64,000 nucleotides of DNA from Chrysemys picta bellii (Eukaryota). The translations under genes and the position numbers were made by a program. Of the stretch, positions 45,726-57,586 are shown piece by piece (positions within the stretch are counted from its first letter, which is position 1; every line of letters starts with the position of its first letter). The stretch is from the NCBI RefSeq assembly GCF_011386835.1, contig NC_088802.1, positions 9,176,001 through 9,240,000 of the forward strand. The letters run 5' to 3'. The notes under the pieces are model-generated. The model was not told where the DNA came from, ran no database searches, and saw nothing but the letters and a program-made list of their open reading frames with translations.

Positions 45726-47084
45726 CCACCCCCTGGGCCCTAGCTCCTCAGTGGGCGGTCGGCACCAGGCAGCTCCCAGACCTTCCTCTCAGGGCCGGCT
45801 CTAGGTTTTTTGCCGCCCCAAGCAAAAAAAAAAATGTGGCTGCCCCCCACCCCAGCCCTGGGCTCTTCCCCCCCCACCAGTGCCCTCCCCCACCCGCACC
45901 CCCTGCTGCCCCAGCCCTCAGCTTCCCCCCGCAAACATGACCTCCTTATTCACCACAGCAAACCCCATTTACACTTGCAGTGGGGATCAAACCATTTCTC
46001 CTATTTTTATTTCACTTTAGTATAAATCTCGCCCCCACAACCCCATCTTTATTGCTCCAAATGCACATGGAAGGCATAGGGACTAACCCTCCAACCTTGT
46101 ACCCAGAAAGGGATGGGGAGCTAGTAAAGAGGGTTCAGGCAGAGGAGCGGGTGTGGGGGTGCTTGGGGGCTCTACACTGGCAGAGAGGCGGGGTGTGATG
46201 TACTCGCGGAGGAGTGTGGAGGAGGAGAGGGGGTATCAGGAGGGTTGTGGGAGAAGAGGTGCAGGGGAAGGGGGAGGTGCGGGAGGAGAGGGCTGGGGGA
46301 GAGTACAAGGGGAGAGGTGCGGGTGAAGGGAGAGGACAAGGGGAAGGGGTGCGGTGAAGGAGCGATGGGGCGAGGTACAAGTGGAGGGGCTGCGAGCAGG
46401 ATGGGGGGTGCAAGGGCTGAGAGGGGCAGACGCTGACAACTGCTTCCCCAGCCCCGTGCAGGCAGAGCCGAGAGGACAGACACTGACCCCCAGGTGCCCG
46501 AGCTGCGGGGGTCCCCCCGGCACGCTCCGGCTCTCCAGCGGCCGGGCAGCCTGAACTGCCGTCCAGCCTGTGCGACTCTGGCTGCCATGAGCGCCATCTA
46601 GCGACTGCAGCCAGAACTGCAGTGTCAGTTCCAGCGCAGCCTGAAAGCCTCAGCTGACAGGAAGAACAGGAGTACTTGTGGCACCTTAGGCCTGGTCTAC
46701 ACTAGGCGTTTATGTCGAAGTTAGCGCCGTTAAATCGAATTAACCCTGCACCCGTCCACACTGCGATGCTATTTAGTTCGACATAGAGGTCTCTTTAATT
46801 CGACTTCTGTACTCCTCCCCGACGAGGGGAGTAGCGCTAAATTCGACATGGCCATGTCGAATTAGGCTAGGTGTGGATGGAAATCGACGCTAATAGCTCC
46901 GGGAGCTATCCCACAGTGCACCACTCTGTTGACGCTCTGGACAGCAGTGCGAGCTCGGATGCTCTGACCAGCCACACAGGAAAAGCCCCGGGAAAATTTG
47001 AATTTGAATTCCTTTTCCTGTCTGGCCAGTTTGAATCTCATTTCCTGTCTGGACATCGTGGCGAGCACAGCAGCACTGGCAACG

Positions 47085-47661
47085 ATGCAGAGCTCTCCAG
47101 CAGTGATGGCCATGCAGTCTGTGAATAGAAAGAGAGCCCCAGCATGGACTGATCGTGAAGTCTTGGATCTCATCGCTGTGTGGGGCGATGAGTCCGTGCT
47201 TTCCGAGCTGCGATCCAAAAGAAGGAATGCAAAGATCTACGAGAAGATCTCTAAAGACATGGCAGAGAGAGGATACAGCCGGGATGCAACGCAGTGCCGC
47301 GTGAAAATCAAGGAGCTGAGACAAGGCTACCAGAAGACCAAAGAGGCAAACGGACGCTCCGGATCCCATCCCCAGACATCCCGTTTCTACGAGGCACTGC
47401 ATTCCATCCTCGGTGCTGCCGCCACCACTACCCCACCAGTGACCGTGGACTCTGAGGATGGGATACTGTCCACGGCCGGTTCCTCAGACATGTTAGGGGA
47501 CGGGGAAGATGAGGAAGGAGATGAGGAGGGCGAGGCAGTTGGCAGCTCTCACAACGCTGATTTCCCCGACAGCCAGGATCTCTTCATCACCCTTACAGAG
47601 ATCCCCTACGAAGCGTCCCCAGCCATTACCCCGGACACAGAATCTGGTGAAGGATCAGCCA
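47085..47661 (+). CDS. Harbinger Myb/SANT-like DNA-binding protein, exon 1
   Basis: MQSS..RKRAPAWTDREVLDLIAVWG..IYEKIS..M.ERGY.RD..QCRVKIKELR; ends at donor A|GTAAGT (phase 1). Confidence 0.9.
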
Positions 47662-48655
47662 GTAAGTGTTGTAAACATCTAAACATTTATTTTTAACAAA
47701 ACAGGAATATTAACAATTAAAAGAATGGGTTGTTCATGATTAGTGTGCCCTAGGCGCTTAACGGTTTAGTAAGGGGCAGTGCAAGTTTTGAAAAGAAATC
47801 TAGCAATGTCCGGTTTTCAGTGATTGTCCTGCACAAGCCGCTCTACTGTGTATTCCCTGCTACTGCAGCTACAGTAAAATGCGGTCTATATGTGCGGGGA
47901 TAGAGCAGTAATCCTCCTGGGACATCTCGATGAAGCTCTCCTGGAGGTAACTTGAAAGCCGTTGCATGAGGTTCTTGGGGAGAGCGGCCTTATTGGGTCC
48001 TCCGAAGTACGACACGTTGCCGCGCCACGAGATTATCAGGTACTCGGGGATCATTGCTCTGCACAGCAGGGCGGCATACGGCCCTGGTCTTTGGAGGCTT
48101 TCCCGGAGCATTCTCTCTTTGTCGCTCTCGGAGATCCTCATCAGGGTGATGTCGGCCATGGTGACCTGCTTTTAATTAGGTAGGGGAATGTTAGTGTTGG
48201 GACTGCTTTCCCGTTCCTTTACAGAACTGTCACCGCTGGTTTGCAGCCACGCGGTGGAGGCGGGAGAGGGGCAGCCGAAAGGGATCGTTCCCGGGGACAG
48301 CCGCGAGGGGGTGGGACAGGGGCAGAGTTCCCGCTTGCCGGATTGCTGGCAGCAGGGACTGACATTGATTTAAATGTGAAATGAGGCCAGTGGTAATATA
48401 AAAGTTTTAAACTGCCACAAGTGTACGGCTTACCATGTCTGCCTGCAACAGAAATTCCGTTGTGCTGCCTCGCTTCTCAAATGTGCTGTTCAAGACCCCA
48501 GGCACAGAATGCGAAGGCCGAGAATTCGACCTTGTGCTGAGTGCGCATGTGAAAGGTGCTGTGCATGGTCTTGTTCACAGAGAAAGACTATGTTCTTTGT
48601 TCACAACTACATTTATCTTTCAGAGGAATTCACTCCCTTTTTCCCATTTCCACAG

Positions 48656-49131
48656 CCCCGTCTGCGACTGTCTCACAACCTAGCCTGGAATCACACTCCC
48701 AGAGGCTAGCGCGGATTAGGCGTAGGAAGAAGAGGACACGGGAGGACATGTTCTCTGAGCTTATGGCCTCTTCCCAAGCCCAGGCAGCACAGCAGACCCA
48801 GTGGCGGGAGAACTTGACCCGAATGCACCAAGCCAACATGGATCGGGAGGAGAGGTGGCGGCAGGAAGACCAGCAGGCGACTCTAACGCTGCTTGGACTA
48901 CTGAGGGAGCAAACGGACACACTCCGGCGCCTTGTGGATGTTCTGCAGGAACGGAGGCAGGAGGACAGAGCCCCGCTGCAGTCCATCTCTAACCGCCCTC
49001 CCCCGCCACCAAGTCCCATACCCACCTCACCCAAAGTGCAAAGAAGGAGAGGCGGCAGAGTCCCTGCTAACTCTCACTCCACCCCTGCAGAGAGCTCTAG
49101 TAGCAGAAGGCTCTCATTTCCCAAAATTTGA
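48656..49131 (+). CDS. Harbinger Myb/SANT-like protein, exon 2 (spliced total 350 aa)
   Basis: Acceptor ctttttcccatttccacAG; phase-1 join is in frame with SQRLARIRRRKKRTREDMFSELM..; AATAAA at 49203. Confidence 0.85.
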
Positions 49132-49880
49132 AAAGTTCTTTCCTTCCCGCCTGACACAAGCCCACGTCCAAGTTTCACCTCCCAATGCCATGTGTAGTTG
49201 ATAATAAAAAATTCGTTTCTGTTAACTACTGTTTCAATCATGTTCTTTTGGAGGAGGAGGGGAAAGGGGGTTGGAAATTGGACAGGACAGTCACCTTTGG
49301 CAGGGTACATAGTCGGGGGCAGGCACAGCAGCAGGGCACATACACAGTGCAGTGATGCAGTGACTAGTTGCCCCGGTTAGTCTGGGAGGTTGTTTTGATG
49401 TAATGTTGGGGGGGGTGGGTTGCTCTGTGACTTTGTGGCGGGGGAGGGCAGTTACAGATCTTAAGCGCCGGTCCTTAGACAGGATCACAGAGCCACACAG
49501 CATGGGATCTGTAACCGTCCTCCCCCTGCCACAAAGTCAAATAGACCTCCCATACACACAGTCCCGATCAGGAGGGGTGACAGGCTCCGTTGAAACAAGC
49601 ATCCCACCGCAGCGGAGCCTGTCAATCCTTGAGTTTAGAAGCTGCATTCGCATCACAACACTAGACCCGCCCCGCACCACAGTCTGCGTCCCAGTTTTAA
49701 AAAATTCCCGCTAAAACAGTATTAAAGAAAACGGTGTGCTTTAACAAAGTAGAACTATTTTTATTTCGACACGTGTGTTGGAGGGGGGGTGAAGGGGGTA
49801 TGTAACTGGATAGGATAGTCAACATTACCTGGGTAAAGAAACGGGGGCAGGTTTAGCTTCTCAGTACACAAACTATAAAA

Positions 49881-51164
49881 TCACAGGTTACCCTGCTCAC
49901 TCAGGAACTTTGCTTTCAAAGCCTCCCGGATGCACAGCGCTTCCCGCTGGTCTCTTCTAATCGCCCGGCTGTCTGGCTGTGAGTAATCACCAGCAAGGCT
50001 ATTTTCCTCAACCTCCCACCCCGCCATAAAGGTCTCCCCCTTGCTCTCACAGAGATTGTGGAGCACACAGCAAGCTGCTATAACAATGGGGATATTGGTT
50101 TCGCTGAGATCACAGCGAGTCAGTAAGCTTCTCCATCTCCCCTTGAGACGGCCAAAAGCACACTCCACCACCATTCTGCACTTGCTCAGCCGGTAGTTGA
50201 AGAGTTCTTTTTCAGTGTCCAGGGCGCCAGTATAGGGCTTCATGAGCCAGGGCATTAGCGGGTAGGCTGGGTCCCCGAGGATGACTATAGGCATCTCCAC
50301 ATCCCCAACAGTTATTTTGTGGTCCGGGAAGTAAATACCTTGTTGCAGCCGTCTAAACAGACCAGAGTTCCTGAAAACACGAGCGTCATGAACCTTGCCC
50401 GGCCATCCCACGTAGATGTTGGTAAAACGTCCCCTGTGGTCCACCAGTGCTTGCAGCACCATGGAAAAGTATCCCTTTCGGTTAATGTACTGGGTGGCCT
50501 GGTGGTCCGGTGCCAGGATAGGGATGTGAGTTCCATCTATGGCCCCACCGCAGTTTGGGAATCCCATCGCTGCGAAGCCATCTATGATCGCCTCCACGTT
50601 TCCCAGGGTCACTACCTTTGGCAGCAGTACATCAACGATTGCCTTCGCTACTTGCATCACAACAACCCCCACGGTAGATTTGCCCACCCCAAACTGGTTC
50701 GCGACTGACCGGTAGCTGTCTGGCGTTGCAAGCTTCCACAGGGCTATGGCCACTCGCTTCTGTACACTCAGTGCAGCTCGCAACCGGGTGTCACTGCGCT
50801 TCAGGGCAGGGGACAGCAACTCACAAAGTTCCAGGAAAGTTCCCTTCCGCATGCGAAAGTTTCGCAGCCACTGGGATTCATCCCAGACCTGCAGCACTAT
50901 GCGGTCCCACCACTCAGTGCTTGTTTCCCGTGCCCAGAATCGCCGTTCCACGGCATCAACATGACCCATTGCCACTGTGATGTCCTCGGCGCTGGGTCGC
51001 CTGCTTTCTGACAGGTCTGTGCTACTCTCAGACTTCAGGACATCACCGCGGTGCCGTAGCCTCCTTGCCTGACTTTTCTGCATCTGCCTCAGGGAAACCT
51101 TTATGATAAGCTGCGAGACGTTGAGAGCGGCCACAACTGCAGCGATGGTCGCAGCGGGCTCCAT
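49881..51164 (-). CDS. Harbinger DDE transposase (HARBI1-family), 427 aa, uninterrupted
   Basis: GAIDGTHI, ILGDPAYPL and RMVVECAFGRLKGRW catalytic motifs; YINRKGYFS; N-terminal FRMRK.TF.ELC; minus-strand AATAAA at 49760-49765. Confidence 0.96.
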   Translation of the reverse strand: MEPAATIAAVVAALNVSQLIIKVSLRQMQKSQARRLRHRGDVLKSESSTDLSESRRPSAEDITVAMGHVDAVERRFWARETSTEWWDRIVLQVWDESQWLRNFRMRKGTFLELCELLSPALKRSDTRLRAALSVQKRVAIALWKLATPDSYRSVANQFGVGKSTVGVVVMQVAKAIVDVLLPKVVTLGNVEAIIDGFAAMGFPNCGGAIDGTHIPILAPDHQATQYINRKGYFSMVLQALVDHRGRFTNIYVGWPGKVHDARVFRNSGLFRRLQQGIYFPDHKITVGDVEMPIVILGDPAYPLMPWLMKPYTGALDTEKELFNYRLSKCRMVVECAFGRLKGRWRSLLTRCDLSETNIPIVIAACCVLHNLCESKGETFMAGWEVEENSLAGDYSQPDSRAIRRDQREALCIREALKAKFLSEQGNL

Positions 51165-54100
51165 GCTCGGAGTACAGTGGCGTCCGCGCTGTCAATGACT
51201 GGAAAAGCGCGCGAACTGTTTTCCCGCCGGCGCTTTCAGGGAGGGAGGGCGGGAGTGATGGACGGATGACGACAGTTTCCCAAAAGCACCCTCGACTCAT
51301 TTTGTTACCCAGAAGGCATTGCCGGCTACACCCAGAATTCCAATGGGCAGAGGGGACTGCGGGAACTGTGGGATAGCTGACCACAGTGCACCGCTTCGAA
51401 TGTCGACGCTATCACCGTTAGTGTGGACGCACAAAGTCGAATTACTGTCCTTAGTGTGGACACACACGTTCGACTTTGCAATATCGATTACAAAAATTCG
51501 ATGCAAGTAAAATCGAACTACTCTCGTAGTGTAGACAAGGCCTTAGAGACTAACAGATTTATTAGAGCATAAGCTTTCGTGGGCTACAGCCCACTTCTTC
51601 GGATGCATACAGACTAACACAGCTGCTACTCTGAAACCTGTCAGCTGACAGGGAACATCTTGGTTCAGGGCCGGCTCCGGCTTTTTGTGCCCCAAGAAAA
51701 AAAAAGTGAGGGGGGGCTGGAGTGCCGCCCCTTGGAAAGTGCTGCCCCAAGCACATGCTTGGAGCGCTGGTGCCTAGAGCCGGCCCTGCTTCCTCTGTTG
51801 CAGGAGGTGCTGGGTCTCTCTGCACGGAGCTGCCACGGAACTGATGGAGGTGACACAGCGGAGAGTCCAGGTTCACCAGCTAAGGGCGGGGACAGAAAGG
51901 AGAGAGGCTTGACTGAGATCAGAGAAATGACCCATCGGGGCAAGTGTCCTGCCCTCTGCCTATGCCAGACAGATCACTGGGCAGCGAGTCCGGTTACCCC
52001 ATGTCTCCCTGCCCTAGGTCACTGGCCAGCTAGTCCAGTGCCCAATACCCACCTGCCCCAGATCACTGGCCAGCTAGTCCAGTGCCCCATGCCCCAGATC
52101 ACTGGCCAGCTAATCCTTTTCCTCTGCAATGAATGAGGCCATTGGCCCTTTTAGCCCCGTAGTCCACTCCCTCCACCCTCCACACAAATTCACAGGTTCA
52201 CAAACTGTTCCCCACAATAAGAGATCAGCTTTCCTCTCCACTTCCTGCTGGAGAACACCTGATGAAGGAATATGCAAATATTCTGCTCTCCCTTGCACAC
52301 ATGGGGAAACTGAGGCTCAGCGCACAGCAGATACTTGCCCAAAGTCAGTGGTGGAAGTAGGAATAGAACTGAGTGCCCCTCATTCCCAATGCAGTAGCCA
52401 AACCAGTAGACCACACTGCCTTGCAGAAGGAAGGAAATGTTTATTGGATTCAGGCCTGGACTAGCCAATGTGCACTAGCTGCACTTGCATGGGGCCCCTG
52501 CAATTCCATGGACCAGGTCGCAACATCACTCACTCAAATTTGGCCCGTCCAACCCACCCCGCGTCGCCTCTGTCACAATGGAGGGTTGGGCGCGGGGTCG
52601 TGCGAGTGAGGGCTGGGTGGTGGGAGGGAGCGGAGTTGGGTGGCCAAGGTCAGGACAAGTTGATTTCTTTCGGGATGGGAGCCGACTGCTGAGCCAGGGG
52701 GTGCGCTGGTGAGTGGCCAGGAAGGGCCCGGTGGAGGTGGGTAAGGTGCTGCTGGTGAGTTTTGGGGTGGGTTGGGGAGGTGCGGGGGCAGGGCTGGGGG
52801 TGACGGGAATTCTGGGAGTTGGGATGAGTTGGGGAGAATGGGGGTGTTGGGGAGAAGGGGTTGGGGGCTGGGATTTTGCAGACTGTGCCCATGGGCACTG
52901 AGGTGTGGGGGGCTGCGGCGAGCCGGGTGTATGTCAGGGCTGCCGGGATATGTGTGGGGAAGGAGGGGAGTTTGGAGGGTATGTCTGAGGGGAGGGATAT
53001 GTGTTGGGTGGGATGGGAGGGACATCCGGGGGTCTGTGTGGGGTGGGGGCCTTTTGCTGTCTAGTTTATGGAAGGTGGGGGGACCCTCAAATTTCACAGT
53101 GCACAGAGCCCCTATAGTCTTTAATCCAGGCCTGCCTGGACTCCAACCCAAACAGCCCTTAGCTGAGGTTCAGCCTATTCTCACTTTCCCCGGACTCCAC
53201 ACACACATTCCTCTTCCACTGCTGGTAGCTTTCACACACCTCTAAATGGTCCTCCAGGTTCCCATACATGTTAGCAAAGGGAATTCTGGGTGCCTGTGGT
53301 GCCTTGACCCCACCCACCCACTTCTGTGCCTGATATTAAGTCACCGAGTATTGCTCAGAACTGAAGAGAACCCAGGAGTCCTGCCTCCCAGCTCCCTGAT
53401 CTAACTCACTCCCCTCCCAGAGGTGGGAAGAGAACCCAGGCATCCGGGGGGTCACAGCTGTGACTTCCAGACGTCACTGCCGTGCACTAACCCCAGCATC
53501 CTGCACTCAGCGCTAACTCGCTCTGAGAACTGTCTCAGCTCGACTCACCCCATGGGAAGGGACAATCCCTTCTCCATGACTGTGAGGCACAGGGCTTGGG
53601 CTGGGGTCACAATGCCAGCGATGGGTCTGAGGGCTGGGAGACGAGACCTGGTGTCTAGGGGAGCCCTGGGGACAGATGGGGCTGTGACTAGAGCGGGGGT
53701 TGTGGCCCCAATTCTGGTGCATTGCTCCGGGGCTGGGGTCACTCCTCCCCAGGCCACTCTACCCTAGATGGCGTGGCTGGAGCAGTCTCCTGGATAATTG
53801 GGCACACGGGGCCCTGGGGCATCACAAACCGCACCAGCCAAGTCCCAGCCCCTTGGGAGGCTTCAGGGAGTCACATCTCCCGCCCCCTTCCCGGCTCCAA
53901 CGTCTATAAGGGCCCTGCCTTCTCCCTCCCCTTCACCCATGGCCCCATGCACTCAGGGACAGCTATCATCAGCTGCACAAGCAGGAGCCTCCCACAATCA
54001 CAGAGACACAGGACCCTTCTCAGCTGTGCTTCGGAGCTGGGGCAGCCCAGGCGTAATGTGACACCAGGGCTGGGGTAGGTGAGGGAGCAGGGACACAGCC

Positions 54101-54991
54101 TGGGGATCCTACCTCCTTCCAGCCATCCACTGTACTTCTCCAGATCTATCCAGCTCTCTGGGTCTCTCCCCAACTCACTGTCCTTCTGCTCATCTCTTTC
54201 TCTCCTTCTCTATCCTTCTATCCATCTACCTCTCCACCCTCCAGCCTTCTATCCATCCATCTCTCTGCAGATCTCTCTGCTCTTCTATCCATCTCTTTAT
54301 TACTCCTTTTATCCATCCTTCTCTGTCTTTCTTTCTGTCCTAACAATTCACCTCTGTCTCCCTCTCTCTCTCATCCATCCACTCCTCTCTCGGACTCTCC
54401 CTCTCTTTTCGCATCTGTGCACATCTGGCATCCATCAGTCCATCCACACTCTCTCTCCATTCCTCTCCCTCTATCCATCTCTCTGTCTCCTCCCCATCTC
54501 TGGGATTTCTTTCGATCTATCACTGTGGTCTCTGGGCTTCTAGGAGACCCTGCCAGCTGAGAGACACTCCCTCCCAGCCTGGGACAACCTGCCTCCAGGA
54601 ACTTCACTCACACACCAAGCGGGCTTGGTTCCTGGGATGGGGGTGTTACCCTGTGATCATGCAACACTGGCTCTGAGCGTCCAGTTTGCCACATTCTCTT
54701 CCTTTTGAGACCCACCCCAGGGCCCCAGCAGTGTGTGTGTGGGGTGCAACACTTGCAGCCTCTGGGCTTCCAGAGCCAGCTGTGGATGGCAGGGGGCAAA
54801 CTTAGCTGGTCTCCCTGACCCCAGAGCATCCTTAGACATTCAGCTCCACAGCTCGGGGCTGCCTCGTCCCAGGGACTGGGGGCTCAGTGCAGGGGAGCAG
54901 GGACTCCAGACTCTGCCCTGGCATCGGAGCATCTGAGCCGCCCGGAGCTGCTCGGGCAGGAGGAACCTGGGGAGAGCAGAGCCGGAGGTGA

Positions 54992-54997
54992 ATGGAG
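54992..54997 (+). CDS. Predicted first coding mini-exon segment (ATG GAG) of OR 57587
   Basis: TGA ATG GAG|GTGAGT, identical to 36980-36994; phase-0 join to 57587. Confidence 0.65.
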
Positions 54998-57586
54998 GTG
55001 AGTCTGGGCTTTTTCCACCACTCGTTCCTGCTTATTACTGGGGAGGGTCCAGGAGCTGGGGAGCATGTGGGCTGGTTAGATTTCTTAGCTCTGTCCGATG
55101 GGTCTGATAAAACTTCCCTGCCTCCCAGGGGTGATGTGAGGAGAAACCCACTAGAGATTGTTAGGTGCTGAGATACTGTGCTGCTGGGGGGCAGACAAGT
55201 GCCATCGATTGGTAGATTTGGTTAGGGTTGGAATCTGTCTTATCCAGGGTCCCCTAGCCCACAAACATGCAGGGAGAACTTTGCACAGGTGAGTAGTTAA
55301 TCACCTGGGCGAGGGTCTGCAGGATGGTGTTTGTAAAGTGCCGTGTAAACCTGTTGTCCCATGAGGGGCCCTGATCCTGCAAAGATCTACGCACGTGCTT
55401 AACATAAGCCCACGGGCAACCCCACTGTAAGTGGTTTGGGTAAAGGAGATTAGGGCCGGTAGGAAGCATGGGCCACATTTACAAAGGGATTTAGGTGCCC
55501 GCAAGTACAGATGGGTGCTAGGTGCCTAACTCCTATTGGGACCAAAGGAGTTAGAAAATCTTTTGCAAAATCCCACTTGTTGCCTATCTGCATATTTAGC
55601 CCTATATGAGTCCATAATCCCCCTGAATAGCAGTGGGTTTGGGTGCATCATTCCTTAAAGTTGCTTTGGAAGCCCCCGCTCTTACTGCTCGTAGGATCAG
55701 GGTCTACCTTATCATTAGTGGTACTGAGATTATTTTATTCTCGCCCTGAGTGTTTAGATCATGGTCCCTGTCAGTCGCAGAGAGAAGTACATAAACATAG
55801 GAAATTCACGTTAAAGTGGCAGTAGAATCCTAGACAAGTAGGGCTTGAGGGTACCTCCAGAGGTCATCTGCGCCATACCCCCACACTGAGGCAGGAATAA
55901 GATTACCTAGACCATACTTGACCAGTATTTGTCCAACCTCTTCTTAAAACCCTCCCTGGACGGCATGGCATTTCGGGCTGCAATCCAGACTAATGAGGGG
56001 TTGGGTCACCCCTGCCCTGCTACCTTGGCTGCCTCACAATCTTTTGTTGTTGTAGCTTCCAACCTGGGTCGCTCACAAGCAGCCTGCCAGGATGCAGGTC
56101 ACACCCTGAGTGTCTGTGTATAGCCACAGCCCTGGTCCAGCAACTCTGACCCCAGCCGCCTATCTGCAAACACCAGCCACACTGTGGCTTCCTGCAGCCT
56201 TGGTTACCACTTGTAGGGTGACTACAAGAAATTCCCAGGTCCAAATTCCCGCCGAAGACTTGGGTTCTGCACTGCCCGGCCCCTTCCTGGACAGCTCAGA
56301 TATTGTAGGTCCGTTGCCTCTCTAAGGAGATCGATATCCAACAGTTTGCTACTTTAAATGGAGTTACCCCCACGATTCAGTTTAACTGCAGTTTGGATTA
56401 TGGAATAAAACATGTTTAACTATGAAGAGACAGGTTTCAAGTGAGTAAAAGTATAAGACATTCAAGTCAGAAATGGTTACAGGAGAAGTAAAGGGAAAAC
56501 ACTTCCTAGTACTAAAATTAACAAACTAGATTTGGCTCAAGGTGAATTCCCTTTCACATTTTCCCAGTAACATTGCTGAGCCAATTCTCAGAACAAGATC
56601 TGCTCCCAAAGTCCAAACGCTGTTTCTTTTGTCTTCTTAGGGGAAAGAGAGCGAGAGATGGATAGGGAGAGTTCTCTTGGGGTTTTTCTCCCCCTCACTT
56701 TTATAGTCCAGTCACCCTTTGATATGCATTTTCTTGAGGGTTCTGCCTAGCTAAAGTTCATTCCTGCTGCAAGGGCGGAGACAAGGAGTCTAATGGTGAA
56801 GGAGATGCCATGCTGTTGTTTGCTTCAATGCAGATCGGGTTGTTCCTGCCCCACTTCCTTGCCAAAGACTGGCCACTTGATAAGTGATTGCCCATCGCCT
56901 TTGATGATACTTGGCCAGACTCCTTTGTGTTTAAGAAACTGATTTACCCAGACTTGTGTTGTAAACTTATTTCCGACCTAATGGACATGTAGAACAGTTG
57001 ATCACCATCCTCTTTACAAACTCTTTACACCAATTGATCACCATCCTCTTTACGACAAATTTTCACATAGTTGAAGACGGTTACCAGGTTCCCCTTCAGC
57101 CTTCTCTCCTCTAGACTAAACATGCCCAGTTCTTTCACCCATAAGAGGGGCAGAGGACAGTTAGCGCTGCAAATTTGGGATCATAGTTAGGAGCCCCAGT
57201 TGCGACCAGGATCTGTACAAATACAGAATAAAATCAATGAAACAAAACAGCCTCTGTCCCAAAGACCTTATAATCTAAGCATCCATTTATCTATCACATC
57301 CTATTGCTCCCACCAACTGCCACAGATCCAGTTTTCTAGGACACTTTAATTCCCTGATGTATGGATCCTCCTTTGTCACTAAGTGCCACAGAACCACTTT
57401 TCTGTGACAAAGCATTTCCCTGGCAGAAGGATCCTACCTGCCACCCAACTGGGTCAGATTTTCGATGACAAAGTCACAAGCGGGCGTGGTTCATTCAGAG
57501 CAAATGGGGCTGCCCTTGAATGTGTCTCCCTGGTGTATGGCTGTTGGGGCTCCTTTCATCCTTATCTTTGTCCCTTCTCGCTGCAG

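Larger units (their letters stand above)
46689..51542. mobile_element. Full-length autonomous PIF/Harbinger DNA transposon, 4854 bp
   Basis: TIR GGCCT(G/T)GTCTACACTA; TTA TSD at 46686-46688 and 51543-51545; convergent Myb-like and transposase genes; subterminal TCGA repeats. Confidence 0.96.
46662..51641. mobile_element. Short Penelope fragment (46662-46688 plus 51546-51641) split by the Harbinger
   Basis: Rejoined it reads gtggcacc-tta-gagactaac; flanked by the direct repeat CAGCTGACAGG at 46651-46661 and 51642-51652. Confidence 0.85.
45790..51788. mobile_element. Composite hAT element (about 1 kb original) hosting a Penelope fragment and a full Harbinger
   Basis: CAGGGCCGGCTCTAGG...CTAGAGCCGGCCCTG; TSD CTTCCTCT at 45782-45789 and 51789-51796; empty site at 35308-35315; a second internal left end at 51666. 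Confidence 0.85.

Noticed and set aside
48200-48320. Possible extra exon in the Harbinger Myb intron (acceptor-like ..cctttacAG at 48224)
   Set aside because: The two-exon model already splices in frame; no clear donor or homology support.
49881-51164. Domesticated host HARBI1 gene
   Set aside because: Lies within TIRs and a TSD, paired with a Myb gene and nested in other TEs, so it is a transposon copy.
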